Source of the DNA: Candidatus Berkelbacteria bacterium
GTDB lineage: Bacteria; Patescibacteriota; UBA1384; XYA2-FULL-43-10; CAINNR01
DNA length: 64,000 nt
Direction of reading: 5' to 3'
NCBI GenBank assembly: GCA_037142675.1
Contig: JBAXAF010000004.1
Location: 326 to 64,325 of the forward strand
Position 1 is the stretch's first letter. Each line of letters begins with the position of its first letter. Shown here piece after piece: positions 57,741-64,000 of the stretch. A program made the translations under genes and the position numbers. Below the pieces are notes generated by a model. The model worked only from the letters and a program-made list of their open reading frames with translations, did not search any database and had not been told where the DNA came from.

Positions 57741-58364
57741 TTGACAGGTGGGGCTTGTGGCGGAAAAACCACGACTATCGAAGCTGTCAAAAAAGATCTT
57801 GGTGATCGAGTTATTGTCGTCCCCGAAGTTGCATCTCAACTTATTCGGCCACTAGAAAAAGGAGGAGTCGGAATACCGGGCGTTGATATCGAGTGGTCGC
57901 AGGAATGGCAGGATGAATTACAACAACAAATTCTAGTAAAACAATTAAATGATGAAAACATATCGATTAGTGAAGCCGAAATGTTTGAAGGGCCGTCCAT
58001 CGTACTTTGCGACAGAGGAGTTCTCGACGGGGCCGTTTATATGTCTGGTGGGCTAGAAGAGTTTCTCGAAAAGTTTCATTTGGAGTACAGCGCTTGTATT
58101 TCGCGATACGATGCGATTATTCACCTCAATTCATTGGCTGTTGATGATCCGGAAAAATTCATCGAGTTTTTTAAATCAAACTCAGCAAGACATAGACAAG
58201 TTGACAAGGCGGCGTTACTTGATAAAGCGATTTTTGAGGTCTGGAAAGGCCACCAGAATCACCTGCGAGTTGCTTCGACTGAAGAGATGGAAGAAAAAAT
58301 TGAATTGGTGCTATCAGAAATACGAAAGGAATTAGGGCGGGTTAATGCAGAATTGGGGGGCTGA
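57741..58364 (+). CDS. P-loop NTPase (AAA_28 / nucleoside-kinase-like)
   Basis: TTG start; LTGGACGGKTTT Walker A. Confidence 0.6.
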   Translation: MTGGACGGKTTTIEAVKKDLGDRVIVVPEVASQLIRPLEKGGVGIPGVDIEWSQEWQDELQQQILVKQLNDENISISEAEMFEGPSIVLCDRGVLDGAVYMSGGLEEFLEKFHLEYSACISRYDAIIHLNSLAVDDPEKFIEFFKSNSARHRQVDKAALLDKAIFEVWKGHQNHLRVASTEEMEEKIELVLSEIRKELGRVNAELGG

Positions 58365-58428
58365 AATTGGTAGCGAGGGCAAGCTTGGGGTTATTTGAGT
58401 TTTATCAACGCCATCATGAAAGCAAAAT

Positions 58429-59184
58429 ATGAGCATTAAAAAACAATTTCTGTCGGCATTTAGAACTATGAATTTTGCTGCCGCTGAGGCTGGTTGGCGA
58501 ATTTTCACCAGTGGCGCCGATTTTAAAGTGGTGGAAGAATTACCAAATAATGATATTTTAATTATTGCCCCGCACCCGGATGATGAGATTTTTGCTTGCT
58601 CCGGAGTAATATCTAGAGTAAAAAAGGATCAAAAAATTAAAATAGCCTACATTTTTTCTGGAGATAAACTATCGCGATCAGAGCGAGCTAGTGCGAGAGA
58701 AGAAGAGTCAAAAAGTGCAGTAGAACAATCTGAAAATCTCGAGCAAATATTTTGTCGTCAACCAGACAATTCGATTGTGGACAAAGAAACAATTTATGAT
58801 CTTTCGACTATTATCTTGGAAATGAAACCAGGGATTATTCTAACGCCGAACTTTTCTTGCCCAAATGACGACCATCGTGAGGCGACGAAGGCAATTGTTG
58901 AGGCATTAAAACTGGCAAAAATAAAAGGCCAAGATCTCAAAGAAATTTCTATTTGGCTTTACGGCGTTTGGGGGCCATTACCGTATTTTAATCGATTGTT
59001 GAAAGTTGACGTAGATAAAAAAGAAAAGGCAATGGAGAAGTTCTTATCGCAACATAAGGACCGAAATTATATTAAGGCTATAAAATCGCTCGATGATTAC
59101 TATGGCGAAATTTACGGTTTAGCTTACTCCACCGAAGCCTTTTTCGCCGTGCCGGCAGATTTGCTGCTCAAGCTCTATAAATAA
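58429..59184 (+). CDS. PIG-L/LmbE-family deacetylase (paralog 2)
   Basis: IIAPHPDDEIFACSG. Confidence 0.8.
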   Translation: MSIKKQFLSAFRTMNFAAAEAGWRIFTSGADFKVVEELPNNDILIIAPHPDDEIFACSGVISRVKKDQKIKIAYIFSGDKLSRSERASAREEESKSAVEQSENLEQIFCRQPDNSIVDKETIYDLSTIILEMKPGIILTPNFSCPNDDHREATKAIVEALKLAKIKGQDLKEISIWLYGVWGPLPYFNRLLKVDVDKKEKAMEKFLSQHKDRNYIKAIKSLDDYYGEIYGLAYSTEAFFAVPADLLLKLYK

Positions 59185-59225
59185 ATTGAACTAATAAAAA
59201 ACTCTGGCGCCATGCCAGAGCCGTG

Positions 59226-59681
59226 TCATCCTCCATTTTTCTTGGCGATGTTCTTTTTCCGGCCAGATCCTTGGAGTGAAGCCATCAGCAACTTTTCATC
59301 ATCGGAGAGGTATCGGTTGCAGGCCTCGGCGATGCTGTGCTGGGTGCACTTCAGACGTTTGTGCATTTTGGCGGCAGACGGGTAGATGTTGGCTTTCAAG
59401 CGCCAGCGGACTGCGACCAAAACGCGTTTGGTTTTGTCGCAGGTATGACGTCCGCGTTGTCGTTTTGGCTTTTGGGGCCACTTGGTCTTTCTTTTTCTCT
59501 TCCGCTCTGCTGGCGCCAGATCCCTGGTCAAGATCTGCCCGATCCTTGTCCCGGTTACCCCGTAGTGCTTCCCCAGTTCCTCGTTGGTTTGGTACTTGCG
59601 TTCACCGCGGATCATCGCTCGAACTCGGGCGATCAGATCCTTGGTGTCAACTTTAGTTTCGGCCAAACTGACCACCTCCAT
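59226..59681 (-). CDS. GC-rich small DNA-binding protein with sigma-70 region-4-like HTH and basic tail
   Basis: EELGKHYGVTGTRIGQILTRDL; KRKRKTKWPQKPKRQRGR; promoter TTGACC-17-TATATT at 59694-59722, so the mRNA is (near-)leaderless; start 59681 or 59690. Confidence 0.5.
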   Translation of the reverse strand: MEVVSLAETKVDTKDLIARVRAMIRGERKYQTNEELGKHYGVTGTRIGQILTRDLAPAERKRKRKTKWPQKPKRQRGRHTCDKTKRVLVAVRWRLKANIYPSAAKMHKRLKCTQHSIAEACNRYLSDDEKLLMASLQGSGRKKNIAKKNGG

Positions 59682-59769
59682 CGTTCTCATGACAATATAG
59701 CGGAAAAAACAACTCCGGTCAATCAGCGGATTGATAATTAGGCACAAATATGGTAAAATTTTCTAGTAA

Positions 59770-59843
59770 TCCCGGGTAGTATAATGGCAGTACGGTGGAT
59801 TCTGGCTCCATTAATCTAGGTTCGACCCCTAGCCCGGGAACCA
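59770..59843 (+). tRNA. tRNA-Gln (anticodon CTG)
   Basis: tcccggg tagtataatggcagtac g gtgga ttctggc tccat ... ggttcgacccctagcccgggaacca. Confidence 0.8.
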
Positions 59844-59875
59844 ATTTTTGTTTCAGGGCAGGCGAGAGCGCGAAA

Positions 59876-59977
59876 GGGGTCGGGAAAAATGCTGTTTTCC
59901 CGCCGGAGGAAATTATTCAAAACCGTGGGTTTTGAAAAGCCTCGAAGAGGCGCGCGAGACCCCTAGCCCGGGAACCA
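59876..59977 (+). repeat. tRNA-linked structured element, copy 1 (ends in an exact copy of the tRNA-Gln 3' 20 nt)
   Basis: ggggtcgggaaaaatgctgttttcccg...ttcaaaaccgtgggttttgaa...gacccctagcccgggaacca. Confidence 0.8.
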
Positions 59978-59978
59978 T

Positions 59979-60055
59979 GGCCCGGTCGTCTAGTGGCCTA
60001 GGATACTTGGTTCTCATCCAAGAGATCATGGGTTCGACTCCCATCCGGGCTACCA
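59979..60055 (+). tRNA. tRNA-Glu (anticodon CTC)
   Basis: ggcccggtcgtctagtggcctaggatacttggttctcatccaagagatcatgggttcgactcccatccgggctacca; hairpin plus T6 terminator at 60058-60090. Confidence 0.8.
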
Positions 60056-60112
60056 TGAAAAGTGCATCACTTCGGTGATGCTTTTTTCATGGTAAATGGA
60101 AGTCGAACGGGA

Positions 60113-60208
60113 AGGGGTCGGGAAACGGGAGTTTCCCGCAGAGGAAGATAATAGAAACCGTGAGTTTCTATAAGCCGAAGGCGTGTGAGCCTCCCATCCG
60201 GGCTACCA
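60113..60208 (+). repeat. tRNA-linked structured element, copy 2 (ends in an exact copy of the tRNA-Glu 3' 18 nt)
   Basis: ggggtcgggaaacgggagtttcccg...atagaaaccgtgagtttctat...ctcccatccgggctacca; terminator ctgaagttttgcttcag plus T-run at 60213-60238. Confidence 0.8.
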
Positions 60209-60271
60209 AAAAATTCTGAAGTTTTGCTTCAGGATTTTTTGTTTTGATCAAATTGAGCTAGAATAGAGTGG

Positions 60272-61771
60272 ATGAAAAAATTTTTTCAGGCGCCTAATTT
60301 TAGAAGTTGGCAGTTTTGGCTAAAGATTTTTTTGGTCGTTCTAATTATTGCTGGCGGGATCGCTGGTATATTGTTGATTAAAAAACACCGAGTAGCGGCA
60401 CCAGCCGCTGAGATTAAAGCTCCTGTTGAAGTTGCTGTTACCCCAATTGCTCCACCAGAAGAAGCAAAAAAAGCTGTTATCGCTGCGCCTCCTAAGGTTA
60501 AGACTTCTGGAAAAACTTCAACTAAGGCCAATTCAGATGGATCAAAGACGGTTACATCTGCCACTGGACCAGTTAATTCTGCCAACACAGCTGTTGCTGC
60601 CGCGGCTGGGCCTTCGGCTGGTATTGCCGGTATTCATTATATCGACCAAACAGGTTCGCATGCTGATTTGGGTGATCAACTTAAAACGTATATGTCGAAT
60701 AACTTATTAGTTAAAGGCGAAGTTAGCAGTATGTACTCGATAATTCTGCAAAACGCCGGAGACACCGGCTGGGCCGGACTTTATTCCGGGTCGTATAATC
60801 AAGACGCGAACGGCCAAATAACTTCCGCCTGGGGCTATATAACGCTAAACAGCTACTATTATGAAGGTAATCCATACTTCCTTGACTACATGAAACTAAT
60901 TTTGTCGCACGAATATGGCCACCACTACTCCTTGTATTACAAATGGATAGTTTGGCAGATTCCTTCTGGTCAACGCTTCCCCGATTCTTATTATTCCGTT
61001 CGGCCGCTGACAAAGTCAGGAACAGCTCCTGATTACTCACTGGGTTGGGCCAACTGCGATGCGGAAATAATTGCGGAGGATTACTCTTATCTCTATTCCG
61101 GTTATGGCTATCATGGCATGGCAGCGACCTACGGTTATCCATCTGCTGGGACAAAAACTTGGTTGGTTAATGAGCCAGCCGGGTCATCTGCTTCAGCGCC
61201 AGCGTCAGACAGCGCACCAACAGTCTCAATTACCGCACCAGCCAGTGGCGCAACTGTTTCTGGAACGGTGCCATTTTCAGCCACGGCTTCTGATGATAAT
61301 GGTGTAACAAAGGTGAGCTTTTACATTGACAACAATTTATTAGTTGAAGACTCCGTCGCACCATATGAAACGTCATTCAATTCTGCAAGTTATGGCAATG
61401 GAGTTCATTCTTTGCGGGCTAGAGCAACTGACACGGCTGGACAAACTGCTGATTCGACAGTCTCTATTATCATTAATAACGCGACGACCGACACGGAAAA
61501 CCCGACGGTTACCATTGGCGACCCAGCTGACAATCCTCATGCTTGGGCAAATGGTAATTTACACATTGCAGTTACGGCAACAGACAACGTTGCGGTGCAG
61601 AAAATCGAGATCTATATTAATGATCAACTAGCTCTAACTGAGAACTCAGGATCAGTTTCTGCTGTTTGGAATTATAATGATGCTCCAGCCGGAACCTACA
61701 CACTAAAAGCAAAAGCCTACGATGCTTCCGGCAACACCGCCGAAACTAGCATTGTGGTAAACAAAAGTTAG
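60272..61771 (+). CDS. Membrane-anchored putative zinc metalloprotease (HExxH) with C-terminal Ig-like repeats
   Basis: N-terminal TM; Pro/Ala-rich linker; LSHEYGHH; two repeated modules of about 90 aa. Confidence 0.6.
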   Translation: MKKFFQAPNFRSWQFWLKIFLVVLIIAGGIAGILLIKKHRVAAPAAEIKAPVEVAVTPIAPPEEAKKAVIAAPPKVKTSGKTSTKANSDGSKTVTSATGPVNSANTAVAAAAGPSAGIAGIHYIDQTGSHADLGDQLKTYMSNNLLVKGEVSSMYSIILQNAGDTGWAGLYSGSYNQDANGQITSAWGYITLNSYYYEGNPYFLDYMKLILSHEYGHHYSLYYKWIVWQIPSGQRFPDSYYSVRPLTKSGTAPDYSLGWANCDAEIIAEDYSYLYSGYGYHGMAATYGYPSAGTKTWLVNEPAGSSASAPASDSAPTVSITAPASGATVSGTVPFSATASDDNGVTKVSFYIDNNLLVEDSVAPYETSFNSASYGNGVHSLRARATDTAGQTADSTVSIIINNATTDTENPTVTIGDPADNPHAWANGNLHIAVTATDNVAVQKIEIYINDQLALTENSGSVSAVWNYNDAPAGTYTLKAKAYDASGNTAETSIVVNKS

Positions 61772-62517
61772 ATCTTTTTTCCGATTCCCCAAAGTATGTC
61801 AAAAATATTTTTAAAAACCTTAACCAGGTTTTTATTTTTGATTTCAATCACCATTGGCTCTGTTGCCGAATGGAGAACTAAAATGTCATCGCCAAAAATA
61901 TTGAAGTTTCCCAAGTCAGCCATCTTTTTTTCGATTAGCCGATATTCATATAACTTTGGAAGACTATTTTTTAATTTCATTTCGAAATCGTTTTCATTAA
62001 AAATCAACATTTGCCATTTAATCATTCTTTCTTGTTGGATTTTCAGAAATTTGCTGGTTAGTTTTCCCATATGCTCTTGCCAAAGAGGCCCGATTGACCC
62101 GGCGATAAAATCTGTTGTTCCAGTTGGCAACTTAGAATAAGCATCCAGCCAAAATCGGCGATAGGACTCCAGCCCTTCATAAATGGTTATTTCAGGTGAT
62201 TCTGCTTGGATCATCTTTTTTAATTCAGGCACTAAGGTTTTTGCTAGTTGAAATTCCTCAGCAGCGATATCAAGCAACTTTTCTGGATCAAGCGATTGGA
62301 AGTACTTAATTTTTGATTTCTCAAAACTAAAGACTAGTTTTTTGCTAATAAGTTTTTTTAATGATTCATAAACCACACTGCGATGCAGCTGAGTTTTTTC
62401 AATGATTTTTCCTGCGGAAGTTGTACCGATTTCTAAAAGGGCAGTGTAAGTTTTGGCTTCACTGCTAGTTAGGTGTAATTGTTCCAAGCGCGATCTAATT
62501 TGCTCGTTAATTGCCAT
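61768..62517 (-). CDS. TrmB-family HTH regulator (paralog 6)
   Basis: LHLTSSEAKTYTALLEIGTTSAGKIIEKTQLHRSVVYESLKKL. Confidence 0.8.
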   Translation of the reverse strand: MAINEQIRSRLEQLHLTSSEAKTYTALLEIGTTSAGKIIEKTQLHRSVVYESLKKLISKKLVFSFEKSKIKYFQSLDPEKLLDIAAEEFQLAKTLVPELKKMIQAESPEITIYEGLESYRRFWLDAYSKLPTGTTDFIAGSIGPLWQEHMGKLTSKFLKIQQERMIKWQMLIFNENDFEMKLKNSLPKLYEYRLIEKKMADLGNFNIFGDDILVLHSATEPMVIEIKNKNLVKVFKNIFDILWGIGKKI

Positions 62518-62600
62518 AATTTTTTATAAGTTTATTTTACTTTACTAAAAATATCTTATCACAAAACAATTAGATAATCAATATATGTTGTCGAAAATAG

Positions 62601-62629
62601 TTGACAAATAAAATAATCGATGATAGGAT
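62601..62629 (+). promoter_or_regulatory. Promoter TTGACA-17-TAGGAT
   Basis: ttgacaaataaaataatcgatgataggat. Confidence 0.5.
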
Positions 62630-62685
62630 GTTCTTTGCATGGGTTTGGGAGTTAGGAAACACCAAAAAATTCTGGAGGCGCTTCG

Positions 62686-63180
62686 ATGAACGCCAATACT
62701 GATAACAGCAAGCATTTGCTGCTATCTGAAATACTCAGAGGGGAAGATGTTGTTGGGTTGGCGGCTCGGTATCGGCGACTCAATTTTTCACAGCGGTCGT
62801 CAGTGAATGGCGAAGTCATTGATTTGTTTGCCAGTTATGTCGACGGTTTGAAAACTACCGGCGATGTTACAAACAAACCAATCGGTCGTGATGCATCGTA
62901 CAACATCTTGCTTTTCATTGAGCAAATCGCTGATTCTGGGATCCTGCTGAACCTCAGATTTAGAGACCGAATTGGCAAACTGGCGCGGTACGTAGCGCTC
63001 TGGGCTGGACAACAAAAACCAGGTTACCGACCGCATCAGGTTGTCAGCTTGGTGTTGCGGATAGGGTTTGCCGCCGATGTGCATGAGGTTTGGGCTGTCG
63101 CCGAAAGACTACTGACCCATCAGGACTTAGGCCTATTGGTGATTGAGGCCATGTCGAAAAAATGGCAGGCCGAACAGTGA
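62686..63180 (+). CDS. Moderately GC-rich hypothetical protein (cassette P)
   Basis: 164 aa; terminator gcggggagagaaaatctccccgc plus T-run at 63198-63228. Confidence 0.5.
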   Translation: MNANTDNSKHLLLSEILRGEDVVGLAARYRRLNFSQRSSVNGEVIDLFASYVDGLKTTGDVTNKPIGRDASYNILLFIEQIADSGILLNLRFRDRIGKLARYVALWAGQQKPGYRPHQVVSLVLRIGFAADVHEVWAVAERLLTHQDLGLLVIEAMSKKWQAEQ

Positions 63181-63282
63181 TGTGTGGAAATTGCTCTGCG
63201 GGGAGAGAAAATCTCCCCGCTTTTTTTGTTAGAACATCAAAAAAATATCACTAAAACTGGCGATTGATAAAAATTAATTAGT

Positions 63283-63441
63283 CTTTTTGGCGTTGGAGGC
63301 CGAAGATAATTAGGTAGAAAGTAAAGGCAAAAGTCAGCAAAATCGAAACAAAGACATCAATATGCCCCTGGAATATTGCCACGGCTGTGGCTATCCAAGT
63401 AATGACGATGATTGCTGTTGTCCAAAGTTGTTTAGTCATAG
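63283..63441 (-). CDS. 52-aa two-TM small membrane protein
   Basis: MTKQLWTTAIIVITWIATAVAIFQGHIDVFVSILLTFAFTFYLIIFGLQRQKD. Confidence 0.4.
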
Positions 63442-63443
63442 TT

Positions 63444-63965
63444 TTATATTAATTGCATTAATTTTTCTGCAGGTTGCTTAATTTTATTATACAGCGTTCC
63501 TCTGTCCTCAACCAAATCCTGAAACCACTCTGTCAGGAACTCCTTGGCTTTTTCTCTTTCAAACTCGTCGTAGGGGTCAGCCAGTTTTTCATTTTCGATT
63601 TGTGGACTTTCGAGTAAATATTTTTCCAAATCATCTATCATTTCGTTGTGCTCTTTGGCAAAACCTTGTAAGGCTAAATCCATACGGAAAGTCGGAGAAA
63701 TTTGCATAGCCATCATGTCATCAATTACTAATGTGCGGATGAAATGAATTAAATCTCGATGGAAATGCACGTTGTAGCTTTCAGCGATTCTCATTGCCTT
63801 AATGAAGCTTACGGCGGTGCTGCGATTGTAAAGCGATTCAGAAGGGTGGCCAATTGAGTTTTGCCATGTTCCTATTATTTGTTTTAGTGGTTGTTCATAA
63901 ACTTCAGCCATTTTTCTCAATATTTCTAAATACGTCTCAATAGCGCCATTATTTCTCTGAGACAA
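63444..63965 (-). CDS. Hypothetical protein (native, low GC)
   Basis: 173 aa ORF with an upstream AT-rich region. Confidence 0.5.
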   Translation of the reverse strand: MSQRNNGAIETYLEILRKMAEVYEQPLKQIIGTWQNSIGHPSESLYNRSTAVSFIKAMRIAESYNVHFHRDLIHFIRTLVIDDMMAMQISPTFRMDLALQGFAKEHNEMIDDLEKYLLESPQIENEKLADPYDEFEREKAKEFLTEWFQDLVEDRGTLYNKIKQPAEKLMQLI

Positions 63966-64000
63966 AAAGCGAATTCTGTCTTCAACAGATCTAAGGCCGA

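Overview
The window is the replication-origin region of a low-GC (about 35% by eye) CPR/Patescibacteria-like chromosome. The native backbone carries recF(partial)-dnaN-oriC-dnaA-rpmH and rnpA-yidD-yidC, a pilB/pilin-like/C39-peptidase surface locus, galU, hsp20, comF, ndk, dnaE, rpmA, rplS, gltX, GT4 and PIG-L cell-envelope genes, and eight tRNAs (Ser x3, Arg-like, Gln, Glu). An AT-rich palindromic intergenic repeat family recurs throughout. About 16 compact GC-rich (about 55-62% by eye) cassettes are interleaved with this backbone. Nearly every cassette carries its own near-consensus sigma70 promoter (TTGACA-17-TATAAT) and a hairpin plus T-run terminator. The cassettes encode proteins that do not fit the host: Gram-negative-style OMP-like beta-barrels, a FabI-like enoyl-ACP reductase, a second full-length DnaA, a ParA-like ATPase, a standalone RNAP alpha-CTD-like protein, an MFS transporter with a structured leader, and many hypotheticals. 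Six TrmB-family HTH regulator paralogs occur, and each sits next to a GC-rich cassette. The usually fused rpmH-rnpA pair is split by a 7.5-kb mosaic insert. Five single genes are each bracketed by direct repeats that copy the 3' end of the preceding gene (52, 67, 46 and 33 nt). tRNA-Gln and tRNA-Glu are each followed by a homologous, covariation-supported structured element of about 100 nt that ends in an exact copy of that tRNA's 3' 18-20 nt including CCA. Other notable items are an HTH-Doc toxin-antitoxin pair with a leaderless promoter, a T-box/attenuator-like leader before gltX, a 7-bp tandem repeat inside gltX, and an unassigned GC-rich 550-nt segment between rpmA and rplS. No CRISPR array or integrase was seen. 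The uniform promoter-to-terminator packaging of the GC-rich cassettes also raises the possibility of a chimeric or engineered assembly; that should be excluded before biological interpretation.
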